DNA from: Acidimicrobiia bacterium
Lineage (GTDB): Bacteria; Actinomycetota; Acidimicrobiia; IMCC26256; JAMXLJ01
Assembly: GCA_036558745.1 (NCBI GenBank)
Contig: DATBEZ010000003.1
Location: 196,352 to 260,351 of the forward strand
Direction: 5' to 3'
Length of the DNA stretch: 64,000 nt
Under the pieces are notes generated by a model. The model did no database searches. It was given only the letters and a program-made list of their open reading frames with translations, and had not been told where the DNA came from. Below are positions 24,845-34,151 of this stretch, in pieces. Within the stretch, counting starts at the first letter, position 1, and the number at the start of each line of letters is the position of its first letter. A program made the position numbers and the translations under genes.

Positions 24845-27199
24845 ATGTCGATCGATCCGACGATCGGTGAGGATCAGGCGGTGCTCGACGCGGCCGAGCG
24901 GGACCTGGCGACACCGGCGGCACCTGCGCTCGGGCCCGACTCGCCGGTCGTGCCCGTCGTCCCGGAGAGCCGGCTCTACCGGGCAAAGATGCGGCTGCTC
25001 GGCCAGCCGCTGTCGACCGAGACGCTCGAGCACCAACGGCTCGGCAAACCGACCGCGCTCGCGGTCTTCGCGTCCGACAACCTGTCGTCGGCGGCGTACG
25101 GGACCGAGGAGATCCTCCGCGTCCTCGTTCCCGTCGTCGGCGTCGCCGCGTTCTCGCTCGTCATCCCGGTCACGACCGCGCTGCTCGTCGTCCTCGGCTT
25201 CCTGATCCTCTCCTATCGCCAGACGATCAAGGAGTACCCGTCGGCCGGCGGCGCCTACATCGTCACGAAGGACAACCTCGGCAAGGTCCCCTCCCTCGTG
25301 GCCGGCGTCTCGCTCCTCACCGACTACATCCTCACCGTCGCGGTGTCGGTCGCGGCGGGCACCGCGGCGCTCGCCTCGGCGGTCCCCGCGCTCGTCCACA
25401 TCGAGATCCCGCTGTCGATCCTGTTCGTGATGATCATCGCCTACGGGAACCTGCGGGGCGTGAAGGAATCGGGCCGCGTGTTCGCGATCCCGACGTACTT
25501 CTTCCTGTTCGACATGGCGATCCTCCTCGGCTGGGGTCTGTACCAACTCGCGGTCGGGCACCTCCCTGTGGAATCCCTCCATGCGCACGGGCTGGTCCCC
25601 GTCGGGACCGCGGGGGACGGGTTGCTCTACGGCGCCGCGCTGTTCGTCGTGCTCAGGGCGTTCGCATCCGGAGGTGCGGCCGTCACCGGGGTGGAGGCGA
25701 TCTCGAACGGGGTGCCCGCGTTCCGCGAGCCGGCGTGGAAGAACGCGCGCACGACGCTCGTGATCATGGGCACGACGCTCGGCGTCATGTTCCTCGGGCT
25801 CTCGACCCTCGCTGCGCAGATGCACGTCGCGCCGTACAAGGACGGGACGCCGACGGTGATCTCACAGGTCGGCAAGCTGGTCTACGGGACGAGCCCGCTC
25901 GGCCACACGCTGTTCTACCTGCTGCAGATCGGGACGCTCCTCATCCTGATCCTGGCCGCGAACACGAGCTTCGCCGACTTCCCGCGCCTCGCGAGCTTCG
26001 CGGCGGCCGACCACTTCATGCCGAGGCAGCTGACCAAGCGCGGGCACCGGCTCGTGTTCTCGAACGGCATCATCATGCTCGCCGGTACCGCCATCGTCGT
26101 GCTGCTCGCGACCGAGGCCAAGGTCTCCCGGCTCATCCCGCTCTACGCGATCGGCGTGTTCACGAGCTTCACCCTGTCCCAGGTCGGGATGGCGAAGCAC
26201 CACATCCGCAGGAAGGAGCCGGGCTGGCGTCGCGGCCTCTTCATCAACGGCACCGGCGCTGCGATGACGGCCGTCGTCACCGTGATCATCGCGGTCACGA
26301 AGTTCACCGAGGGCGGATGGGTGATCATCGTGGCGGTCCCGATCCTGGTGCTCGCGCTGCTGCGTCTGAACCGCGCGTACACGGCCGAGGGCGACGAGCT
26401 CCTCACCGACGCGAAACTCGCGGCGGAGGCGCCGATTCTGCGCCGTCACGTCGTGCTGGTGTTCCTCGGCTCGCTCGACCTGGCGGGAGCACGCGCGTTG
26501 CAGTACGCACGCGCGCTGACGCCCGACGAGATGCGTGCGGTGCACTTCGCCGTCGATATCCCGCGCGCGAACGCGCTGCGACTCGAGTGGCTCGAGCTCG
26601 GCCTGACCCGCATCCCCCTCGAGATCGTCGCCTGCGAGGACCGCCGGATCACGCGCGCCGCGGTCGAGACCGTCGCGGAGACGCTCGCCGACGGCAAGAC
26701 CGAGGTGACGATTCTCCTGCCGCGCATCGAGTACAACCGGCCGTGGCACCGGATCCTCCACGACCGGACGTCGCGTTCCATCGCGTCGGTGCTGTCCGAC
26801 CTTCCCCACGCGAACGTGACGTTCGTGCCCTACCAGCTCGGTCCGCGCCGCCGGCTCCACTTCGACGAGGCCACGCTCGCTGCGACGCAGCGTCTGGCCC
26901 AGGATCACGACGTTCCCACCGTCGCCGGCCCCGTCGCCCCCATCGACCATGCCGAGGCGCGCCACACCATCACGGTCGCGGGCAAGGTTCACTCGCTTCG
27001 GGTGCAGCCGCGGGCCGAGGTCGCGACGCTCGAATGCACGCTGCGCGACGAGACCGGCACGATCAACCTCGTCTTCCTCGGCCGCAAGCACGTGGCCGGC
27101 ATCGAGCCCGGCACCCGGCTCGTCGCGACCGGGATGGTCGGGCGCCGTCAGGGGCGGCTCGAGATCATCAACCCCGACTACGAGTTCCGTTCCGCCTGA
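24845..27199 (+). CDS. APC-superfamily permease fused to a cytoplasmic alpha/beta region and a C-terminal OB-fold domain
   Basis: ORF 24845..27199 (784 aa). N-terminal LGKPTALAVFASDNLSSAAYGTEEIL plus about 12 TM helices. C-terminal HTITVAGKVHSLRVQPRAEVATLECTLRDETGTINLVFLGRKHVAGIEPGTRLVATGMVGRRQGRLEIINPDYEF is an OB-fold (tRNA_anti-like) pattern. Confidence 0.85.
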   Translation: MSIDPTIGEDQAVLDAAERDLATPAAPALGPDSPVVPVVPESRLYRAKMRLLGQPLSTETLEHQRLGKPTALAVFASDNLSSAAYGTEEILRVLVPVVGVAAFSLVIPVTTALLVVLGFLILSYRQTIKEYPSAGGAYIVTKDNLGKVPSLVAGVSLLTDYILTVAVSVAAGTAALASAVPALVHIEIPLSILFVMIIAYGNLRGVKESGRVFAIPTYFFLFDMAILLGWGLYQLAVGHLPVESLHAHGLVPVGTAGDGLLYGAALFVVLRAFASGGAAVTGVEAISNGVPAFREPAWKNARTTLVIMGTTLGVMFLGLSTLAAQMHVAPYKDGTPTVISQVGKLVYGTSPLGHTLFYLLQIGTLLILILAANTSFADFPRLASFAAADHFMPRQLTKRGHRLVFSNGIIMLAGTAIVVLLATEAKVSRLIPLYAIGVFTSFTLSQVGMAKHHIRRKEPGWRRGLFINGTGAAMTAVVTVIIAVTKFTEGGWVIIVAVPILVLALLRLNRAYTAEGDELLTDAKLAAEAPILRRHVVLVFLGSLDLAGARALQYARALTPDEMRAVHFAVDIPRANALRLEWLELGLTRIPLEIVACEDRRITRAAVETVAETLADGKTEVTILLPRIEYNRPWHRILHDRTSRSIASVLSDLPHANVTFVPYQLGPRRRLHFDEATLAATQRLAQDHDVPTVAGPVAPIDHAEARHTITVAGKVHSLRVQPRAEVATLECTLRDETGTINLVFLGRKHVAGIEPGTRLVATGMVGRRQGRLEIINPDYEFRSA

Positions 27200-27299
27200 C
27201 GCGTACGCGCGCCGTCGAGGCGTGGCGCCCCGCGCTCGCGGGTAGTCCTCCGGCATCACGCGCGTGGTCTCGCCCGACCACGCCGGAGGAGGAACGACG

Positions 27300-27632
27300 A
27301 TGTGGTTCGCGGCGGTGATCCTGGCCCTCGTGGTGATCGCGGCGATCGCCGTGCTGATGGGCACGCGGCGGCGCGCGACACGGGCCGGTTCGACACGGCC
27401 GACGCCCGTACCGCCACCGATCCGTTCCGGGGGCGAGCCCACGCACCCGGAGACGTGGGCCGGCGCGATCGGCGACGACGACGCGCGCCGTCACGCCGAG
27501 GCGGTGGGCATGCAGGGAGTGGACGACGCCGATTCGCGCGAGATCGTCGAGCGGCTCCACGAGGAGCAGCCCAGCCGGCGGCTCCCGGCCCGCGCGGCTG
27601 ACGAAGGCGCAGGCGGTCGGGGCGGCGCGTAG
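27300..27632 (+). CDS. small single-pass membrane protein, hypothetical
   Basis: In frame of ORF 27264..27632. ATG 27300 follows GGAGGAGGAA. MWFAAVILALVVIAAIAVLMG is the TM segment, followed by a charged tail. Confidence 0.55.
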   Translation: MWFAAVILALVVIAAIAVLMGTRRRATRAGSTRPTPVPPPIRSGGEPTHPETWAGAIGDDDARRHAEAVGMQGVDDADSREIVERLHEEQPSRRLPARAADEGAGGRGGA

Positions 27633-27659
27633 GCCGGACGCGTCGGCGCACTCCTCGCG

Positions 27660-28508
27660 TCAGGGTCGCGCGAACCGCTGCACGAACGCGAGCGCGGTAT
27701 CGGCCACCTCACGCCACCCGTGATCGATCGTCAGCGCGTGCGCGCGATCGGCCATCTCCACGATCTCGGTGACACCCGGGTTCCGACGCTCCCGCTTGTA
27801 CGACGCGCGTGCGATCGCGGGCGGCACGGTGTGGTCCTTCTGGCCGTACACGACGAGCAGCGGCCCACGGTCGGGGTTCTTGGTCTTGACCTTCACCTCG
27901 GTCCACGGGTTCAGGTTCGCCGTCGCCGCTTGGAACAGCGGCGCGCCTGCGGCGGGCACCGCGTACGTCGCGTAGAGCTCCTTCGCCTCGTCCTCCGTCA
28001 CCGCGTTGGCGAACGCGTAACGAAACTGCTCGTACGTGAGCGGCACCGCACGTCCGTGATTCGCGGGGTTGCCGAGGACGGGTGAGGCGGAACGGAGCGC
28101 GGAGATGGGCAACGGCAAGACGCCGCGGAACGGCGCCGGCGAGATCGCGACGGTCACAGCGGACATGTCGCGGCCCGCGAGGATCTCCGCGAGCAGTCCG
28201 CCGAACGAGTGCCCGACGATCGCGGGCTTGCGGTCGAGCTTGCCGATCACGTCCTCGAAGTGGTCGGCGACCTCACCGACGGTCTTGTGGGCGAACACCT
28301 CGGGGTGACGCTTTGCGTCCTCGACGGTGTTGGGGTCGTCGGGCCAGCCCGGCGCGAGCGTCGTGTAGCCCGCGTCCTCGAACACCGTGCGCCACCGATC
28401 CCAGCTGCTCGGAAGGAGCCACAGCCCGTGGATGAAGACGACGGGCTCGCGGCCCGACGCGTTCGCGTGATCGATCTGCTGCTGCTCGTAGTCGGTGATG
28501 ACGGCCAC
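27660..28508 (-). CDS. alpha/beta hydrolase
   Basis: ORF 27660..28508. VVFIHGLWLLPSSW... and nucleophile elbow VGHSFGG. Confidence 0.85.
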   Translation of the reverse strand: MAVITDYEQQQIDHANASGREPVVFIHGLWLLPSSWDRWRTVFEDAGYTTLAPGWPDDPNTVEDAKRHPEVFAHKTVGEVADHFEDVIGKLDRKPAIVGHSFGGLLAEILAGRDMSAVTVAISPAPFRGVLPLPISALRSASPVLGNPANHGRAVPLTYEQFRYAFANAVTEDEAKELYATYAVPAAGAPLFQAATANLNPWTEVKVKTKNPDRGPLLVVYGQKDHTVPPAIARASYKRERRNPGVTEIVEMADRAHALTIDHGWREVADTALAFVQRFARP

Positions 28509-28552
28509 TGCTCCTCCTCGCGCGCGTCGGTGTCGCGCGGTCGAGTATGGCA

Positions 28553-28589
28553 GTCGGCTCCGCGCCCGTTGCCCGGGCGCGGAGCCGAC
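28553..28589 (-). terminator. stem-loop between the two tandem hydrolase genes
   Basis: GTCGGCTCCGCGCCCG-ttgcc-CGGGCGCGGAGCCGAC, a perfect 16-bp stem, 38 nt downstream of the 28627 stop. Confidence 0.6.
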
Positions 28590-28626
28590 GTCGTCATCGT
28601 ACGTTCAGCTCTCGTTGTCGACGCGG

Positions 28627-29508
28627 TCAGCTCGCGACGCGCTCGCTCGACGCGCCGGCCCAGTGCCGACGCAGGTGCGGCACCAGCTCGCCCGCGCGCT
28701 CGTCGGGGAAGAACAGCTTCGCTCCCTCGATCTCGACGACCTCGCGGGCACCCGGGATCAGGTCCCGCAGCCAGTAGGCCCACTTGACGTCGAAGAATTC
28801 GTCGGCCGTGCCCCACACGACGAGCGTCGGCACCTCGAGCCGGGCCAGCGCGGGCTCGACCGCGAGGAGGTAACGCGGCTCCATCGCGGCGAGCAGCTCC
28901 TCGAAGCGACGAGCCCGCTCCGGTGCACCGATGACGGGCTCGAGGAACGCGCGCACGATTTCGAGGTCGAGCTGCTCGGGATGCTCGTACCCCGTGCCGA
29001 ACACCGCGGTGCGGGCCGCACCGAGATCCGCGAGCAACGCCGGCGCGCTCGGGGCGAGCGCGCCCGCCTTCGCGAGCTCGACCGTCGGCGCGAACGCCTC
29101 CGGCGGCACGTTGTCGTGCACGTCGCAGTTCGTGAGCGTGAACGTGCGCAACCGCTCGGGACGACGCGCCGCGACGATCTGCGCGACCGCACCACCGGTG
29201 TCGTGCGCGACGAGGTCGATGTTGACGAGCCCGTCGGCCTCGCAGAACGCGTCCACCGCGTCGGCGAGACCGTCGAGGGTCAGGTCCTGATCGGGCGTCG
29301 CGGGACTGTGCCCGTGCAGGGGCAGGTCCAGCGCAATGCAGCGCCGCTCCGCCGCGAGGCGGTCGAGCACGTTGCGCCACAGGTACGCGTTGGTGCCGAC
29401 ACCGTGGACGAAGAGGGCGGGCGGACCCTCGCCGACGTCGATGCAGCTCACGTCGCCGGTCCGGGTGCCGACGGTCCTGCGGTGGCTCTCGAGGGTGTGC
29501 AGATCCAT
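28627..29508 (-). CDS. alpha/beta hydrolase (haloalkane-dehalogenase/epoxide-hydrolase-like)
   Basis: In frame of ORF 28627..29631, starting at ATG 29508. PALFVHGVGTNAYLWRNV...LVAHDTGGAVAQ. Confidence 0.85.
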   Translation of the reverse strand: MDLHTLESHRRTVGTRTGDVSCIDVGEGPPALFVHGVGTNAYLWRNVLDRLAAERRCIALDLPLHGHSPATPDQDLTLDGLADAVDAFCEADGLVNIDLVAHDTGGAVAQIVAARRPERLRTFTLTNCDVHDNVPPEAFAPTVELAKAGALAPSAPALLADLGAARTAVFGTGYEHPEQLDLEIVRAFLEPVIGAPERARRFEELLAAMEPRYLLAVEPALARLEVPTLVVWGTADEFFDVKWAYWLRDLIPGAREVVEIEGAKLFFPDERAGELVPHLRRHWAGASSERVAS

Positions 29509-29632
29509 GGCGCGACCTCGCTTTCGGGCGTGGGTGGCCCGGTCGGGACGCTGATCGGCGCATTGCCCGATGAGCGTCCCAACCGGGCGGGGGGACGGGC
29601 CGCCCGGTCCTCCGTGGGCTACGGTTGGCACC

Positions 29633-29670
29633 GACCGACTGTCGGTCTAGTATCCATACCGACAGTCGGT
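29633..29670. promoter_or_regulatory. twin palindromic operator candidates between the hydrolase and TetR genes
   Basis: GACCGACtGTCGGTC at 29633-29647 and ACCGACaGTCGGT at 29658-29670, centres 24 bp apart. Located in the divergent gap 29509-29723. Confidence 0.65.
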
Positions 29671-29723
29671 TTGTCAATGCGTTCTCGCAGGAATGTCGTG
29701 CTCGACGGGAAGGAGCGAGGTCG

Positions 29724-30326
29724 GTGGACCGGCGGGCCGAGCAGGGTCGGGCCACGCGCGAGCATCTGGTCGAGGTGGCCACGCGCCTGTTCGCCGAGCA
29801 CGGCTACGAGGGCACCTCGATCGAGTCGGTGCTCGAGGCGGCCGGTGTCAGCCGGGGCTCGCTGTACCACCACTTCAAGGGCAAGGACGCGCTCTTCGAC
29901 GAGGTGCTCGAGGCCGTCGAGACCCGCATCGGGGAGGAGACCCTCGCCGCGATCGTGGCCGAGACCGATCCGGCCGACCCCGATCCCGTCGTCGCGCTCC
30001 GCGCCGGCTCCCGCGCCTGGATCCGTCTCGCCGGTGATCCCGTCGTACGCCGCATCCTGCTCGTCGACGCGCCCGCGGTCCTCGGTTGGGAGCGGTGGCG
30101 CGAGATCGAGGAAGAGCACGCGCTCGGCGGGGTGAAGCTCACGATGCAGGCCGCCGCCGACCGCGGCCTCGTGCGTCCGGAGATGGTCGACCTCTTCGCG
30201 CACATGCTGCTCGCCGGGGTCAACGAGATCGCGCTCGTGCTCGCGCGCTCACCCGACGACCCTGACGCGAGACGCACCGCGGAAGCCGCGGTCGACGACT
30301 TCGTCGCGCGCCTGCTCGGGAGCTGA
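29724..30326 (+). CDS. TetR-family transcriptional regulator
   Basis: In frame of ORF 29625..30326. GTG 29724 follows GAAGGAGCGAGG and lies downstream of the operator palindromes. HTH: TREHLVEVATRLFAEHGYEGTSIESVLEAAGVSRGSLYHHFKGKDAL. Confidence 0.85.
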   Translation: MDRRAEQGRATREHLVEVATRLFAEHGYEGTSIESVLEAAGVSRGSLYHHFKGKDALFDEVLEAVETRIGEETLAAIVAETDPADPDPVVALRAGSRAWIRLAGDPVVRRILLVDAPAVLGWERWREIEEEHALGGVKLTMQAAADRGLVRPEMVDLFAHMLLAGVNEIALVLARSPDDPDARRTAEAAVDDFVARLLGS

Positions 30327-30417
30327 GCGCGCCGCCGGGCGCGAGTGGGCGTCGGCGGCCGCCGGTTGTCACAATGCCGGGGGAGCCCGACCGGACCGGG
30401 ACGCGTCGGGGCGGGAC

Positions 30418-31620
30418 ATGCGACTGGGACCCACGCTGATCGTCGCCGGCGTCGTGACGGGGCTCGCGGCAACCGGGGCCAGCGCGGCGGCGTGGACACG
30501 CGCGCGTCCACCCGGCTCGGCGCGTCTCGTCGGATCGGTCGCCACCCTGCCGACCGTTCCTGCTCCCCCACCCCCGCCCACCGCGACCACGGCGCACGCC
30601 GCGCGTCCGGTCACGACGACCACGACCGCGCCGCCGGATCCGATCTCCTCGCGCGCGCCGGCGGAGATCATCACGCCTCCGGGTCAGGACGTCGCCAACC
30701 CGTTCGTGCTCGTCGAGCCCGACCGCTACTGGTTGTACTCGAGCAACGGGCCGGCCGCGTCGGTGTGGACCGGACTGATCGCGCTCGCGAACGTGCCCGT
30801 GCGCACCTCGACCGATCTCCGCCACTGGCAGGTCGCGGCGGACGCGCTGCCCGCGCTGCCCGACTGGGCCCAACCCGGTGCGACGTGGGCGCCGGACGTC
30901 CGCAAGGTCGCGCCGGGCCGGTACGTCCTCTACTTCACCGCGCGCGTGCGCGGCGTGCGGCCCGACACGGAGTGCATCGGGGTGGGAACGTCGACCGTGG
31001 CGTGGGGTCCGTTCGCGCCCGCGCCGGCACCGCTCGTGTGCCAGCTCGACCATCACGGTTCGATCGACGCGCGCGCGGTCGGCCTCGGCACCGGACCGGG
31101 CGGCAGCGCGGGCGCGGACGCGGCGCCCGCAGTGCTGGTGTGGAAGGCGGACGACAACGCCAATCCGCAGCTCGGCGCGCGCGGCTACACGAGCATCTGG
31201 TCGCAGCCACTCACCCCCGACGGCACCCGACTCACGGGGTTGGCGACTCGCATCCTGGTCCCGTACGGACCCGCGCAGGCACGGATCGTCGAGGCGCCGC
31301 AGCTCATCCGCGACCAGGCCGGTCGCTGGTGGCTGCTCGCATCCGGCGGTTGGTACAACCAGTCGACGTACCACATGTTCTGGGCCCAGTGCGCGACGCC
31401 ACAGGGATCGTGCTTCGACACCGGCATCCCGTGGCTCCGTTCGAACGCACAGGGCACGGGTCCCGGTGAGGGCTCGCTGTTCGTCGATCGCGACGGCACG
31501 ACCTATCTCGTGTACTCGCCACACAACGTGTCCGGGCGCCGCGCGACGCCGCGTCCCGTCGCGATGGCGCGCGTCGCGTTCGGGCCCGACGGTCCGTACT
31601 TCGGCGCGCTGCCGCGCTGA
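30418..31620 (+). CDS. secreted glycoside hydrolase, family 43-like five-bladed propeller
   Basis: ORF 30418..31620. Signal/TM then a Pro/Thr linker. DVANPFVL...TWAPDVRKVAPGRYVLYFTA...IVEAPQLIRDQAGRWWLLAS. Confidence 0.75.
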   Translation: MRLGPTLIVAGVVTGLAATGASAAAWTRARPPGSARLVGSVATLPTVPAPPPPPTATTAHAARPVTTTTTAPPDPISSRAPAEIITPPGQDVANPFVLVEPDRYWLYSSNGPAASVWTGLIALANVPVRTSTDLRHWQVAADALPALPDWAQPGATWAPDVRKVAPGRYVLYFTARVRGVRPDTECIGVGTSTVAWGPFAPAPAPLVCQLDHHGSIDARAVGLGTGPGGSAGADAAPAVLVWKADDNANPQLGARGYTSIWSQPLTPDGTRLTGLATRILVPYGPAQARIVEAPQLIRDQAGRWWLLASGGWYNQSTYHMFWAQCATPQGSCFDTGIPWLRSNAQGTGPGEGSLFVDRDGTTYLVYSPHNVSGRRATPRPVAMARVAFGPDGPYFGALPR

Positions 31621-31632
31621 ACACAGCGCGGC

Positions 31633-33099
31633 CTACGCGGCCGCGGCCGCGCCGAACCAGGCCGTGAGCGCTCGTGGCAGCTCAGGCTCCGTGAGCTCAC
31701 CCGCAAAGACGACGTGACCGTCGGGTCGGATCAACACGGCTGCGGGAGCCGCGACCTCGCCGAGGACCGGAAGCTCCCACACCCCGTCGCACCTCGCGTC
31801 GACCACGCGGACCCGACCCGCCCATGGCGAGACGTCGAGACCGCCGGGCTCACCGAGGTTCAGGAGCACGGGACGAGCGTCGTGCAGCAGGCTGAACACG
31901 CGCGTGGGCCCCTCCGCGGTGTGCACGTCGAGGTCGGGCATGCGCCGCCCGAGCAGCGGGTGTCCGTCTCCGAGGTCGTAGTGGATGTCGAGCGCGGCGA
32001 GCATCGCGGCGATGCGCCGGCGCGGCTCGTCCATACTGAGCAGTTCGGTCATGGTGTCGCGAAGGGCCCCGTGACGGTCGTCGGGCGTGCCGAGCGCGAC
32101 GATCGCCATGGTCGTGTGCAGCACCCGCGCACCGACGGGGTGCCGTTCCGCGTGGTACGTGTCGAGGAGGCCCTCGGGTGATGTCCCGTTGACCACCTGG
32201 GCCAGCTTCCATCCCAGGTTCACGGCATCCTGCACACCGGTGTTCAGCCCCTGGCCGCCGTTCGGAGGATGCACGTGTGCCGCGTCTCCGGCCAGCAACA
32301 CACGCCCGTCGCGATACGACGCGGCCTGGCGCGTCATGTCCGTGAACCGCGAGATCCAGCCCGCGCTGCGAAGCCCGTAGTCCGTGCCGTACACGGTGAC
32401 GAGCGCGTCGCGAAGCTCGCCCATGTCGGGGTCGCCGGTGTGGTCCGGGTGTCGTTCCGTGAGGACGACCCGGATCGGTTCCCCGGCTTCCCTCCGATTG
32501 AGGGCATGCGTGCCGGCGCTGTCGCGCCGGATGCCGAACTCCGGCTCCTCGTCCATCTCGACGTCGGCGATGATCCAGCTCGTCGTCGGATCCAACCCGG
32601 GGAAGTCGATCCCGGCCGCCTTGCGGATCACGCTTCGTCCTCCATCGCAGCCGACGAGGTACTCCGCTCGCAGCGACAGGTCACCGGATACTTCGACGTC
32701 GACACCGCGGCCGTCTTGCGCGAAGCCCGTCACCTCGCGACGACGAAGGATCGGAACGCCGAGCTCCGCGACCCAGCCGGCCAGGATGCGCTCGAAGTGG
32801 CTCTGCCAGAGCGCGAGCACGTAGTTGTGCCGGCTGGGGAAGTCGCCGACGTCCATCGGGATCAGCGAGAACGTCTGCACCTGGCCGACCCTCCCCGCCG
32901 AGATGAAACGTTGCGCGATGCCACGCTGGTCGAGCACCTCGATGGTGCGCGAGAAGAGACCTCCGGCTCGCGATCCGTCGAGCTCCTGATTGGCGCGTCG
33001 TTCGACGACAACGACGTCGACACCCGCCAACGCGAGCTCGCCCGCCAACATCAGCCCCGTCGGGCCGCCGCCTGCGATCACCACCGCATGCTCGGTCAT
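31633..33099 (-). CDS. FAD-dependent aromatic-ring monooxygenase (PheA/TfdB-type)
   Basis: ORF 31633..33099. VVIAGGGPTGLMLAGELALAGVDVVVVER, LLAGDAAHVHPPNGGQGLNTGVQDAVNLGWKLA. Confidence 0.9.
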   Translation of the reverse strand: MTEHAVVIAGGGPTGLMLAGELALAGVDVVVVERRANQELDGSRAGGLFSRTIEVLDQRGIAQRFISAGRVGQVQTFSLIPMDVGDFPSRHNYVLALWQSHFERILAGWVAELGVPILRRREVTGFAQDGRGVDVEVSGDLSLRAEYLVGCDGGRSVIRKAAGIDFPGLDPTTSWIIADVEMDEEPEFGIRRDSAGTHALNRREAGEPIRVVLTERHPDHTGDPDMGELRDALVTVYGTDYGLRSAGWISRFTDMTRQAASYRDGRVLLAGDAAHVHPPNGGQGLNTGVQDAVNLGWKLAQVVNGTSPEGLLDTYHAERHPVGARVLHTTMAIVALGTPDDRHGALRDTMTELLSMDEPRRRIAAMLAALDIHYDLGDGHPLLGRRMPDLDVHTAEGPTRVFSLLHDARPVLLNLGEPGGLDVSPWAGRVRVVDARCDGVWELPVLGEVAAPAAVLIRPDGHVVFAGELTEPELPRALTAWFGAAAAA

Positions 33100-33220
33100 C
33101 GCGCCTCCTCGCGAGCTGACTCAATGGAGGACGCATGGTGAGCACGTTCGGGTCGCTTGCGGCAAGCCCCGTCGCTCGCGTTATCGTTCGTATGGCAGCG
33201 CGTGTCCCTGCCCGGACGGT

Positions 33221-33264
33221 TCAGATCTCGGACGCTCAGATCTCGGACGCTCAGACCTCGACGG
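33221..33264. repeat. 15-bp tandem repeat (about 2.9 copies) that reiterates the MBL gene stop codon
   Basis: TCAGATCTCGGACGC | TCAGATCTCGGACGC | TCAGACCTCGACGG. The third, diverged copy carries the real stop (comp. 33251-33253). Confidence 0.85.
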
Positions 33265-34072
33265 TCGTGAGGTCGTCGCCCACGACGATCCTGCCGTCGA
33301 AGTGCTCGGCAGCCAGCGCACGCCACTCGTCCTCGTTCCCACGGGGAAGGCCGGGGATGTAGTGCGTCAGCACGAGCGTGCCGACACCTGCGCGCGCCGC
33401 GGTGTCGGCGGCCTCCTCGACACTCGAGTGGTAGTCGAGGATGTCCTGCAGTCGCGGGTTCGGCACGTTGCGCACGAGGTCGGCGCGGAGGACCGTCTGC
33501 ACGTACGCGTCCGCGCCTGCACACACCGCGTCGAGAGTCGCGCAGGGCACGCCGTCACCCGCGAGCACGACCGCGCGTCCGTCGTCCTCCACGCGGTACG
33601 CGACGCTGGGCTCCACCGGGCGATGGTCGGTCGCGGCGACGCGCACGGTGGCGCTGCCGAGGGTGAGCACGTCGCCCACTTGCACCTCGGTGACCTCGAC
33701 CTGCGGGCGCCATGTCAGGTCCTCGTGGTGCGCGAGCCGGTACTCCATGTCGGGCGCGAGCGCAGCCAGCGTCGCGTCCACGACCTCGCGGGTGCGCGCC
33801 GGGCCGTAGACGCGCAACGGCGTCGGCGCGGTGGTCATCACCCAGTGCGTGGTGATGACGTCGTTCAGGTCGGTGAGGTGGTCGCTGTGGAGGTGGGTCA
33901 GCAGCACGCCGTCGAGCATCAACGGCAGCACGCCCGCGGCGACGAGGCGCATGAGCACGCCCCGCCCGCAGTCGACGAGCGCCACCGCGCCGCCGGTCTG
34001 CACGAGCGTCGCGGGGCCGGCGCGGGCTGCGTCCGGGATCGGGCTCCCCGTGCCGAGCAGCGTGATCCTCAT
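33251..34072 (-). CDS. MBL-fold metallo-hydrolase (RNase Z-like)
   Basis: In frame of ORF 33251..34168. ATG 34072 follows GGGAGGA. MRITLLGTGSPIPD...VLLTHLHSDHLTDL. Confidence 0.85.
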   Translation of the reverse strand: MRITLLGTGSPIPDAARAGPATLVQTGGAVALVDCGRGVLMRLVAAGVLPLMLDGVLLTHLHSDHLTDLNDVITTHWVMTTAPTPLRVYGPARTREVVDATLAALAPDMEYRLAHHEDLTWRPQVEVTEVQVGDVLTLGSATVRVAATDHRPVEPSVAYRVEDDGRAVVLAGDGVPCATLDAVCAGADAYVQTVLRADLVRNVPNPRLQDILDYHSSVEEAADTAARAGVGTLVLTHYIPGLPRGNEDEWRALAAEHFDGRIVVGDDLTTVEV

Positions 34073-34129
34073 GCGCCGTCCTCCCGTCGATCGCCCGGAT
34101 GCGAGCGCCCTTGTCCGGCGTCCGGGAAG

Positions 34130-34139
34130 AACTGTACAG
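34130..34139. promoter_or_regulatory. short palindrome ACTGTACAGT in the AT-richer MBL/TetR divergent gap
   Basis: Context is GGGAAGAACTGTACAGTATGTAAACTTCATG. It is the only AT-rich patch in the 79-bp gap and a possible TetR operator or -10 region. Confidence 0.3.
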
Positions 34140-34151
34140 TATGTAAACTTC

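Noticed and set aside
33221-33264. The tandem repeats at 33221-33264 and 37815-37896 considered as CRISPR-like arrays
   Set aside because: The units are directly adjacent with no spacers and number only 2-3. One repeat is in-frame coding sequence. No cas genes are present anywhere in the window.
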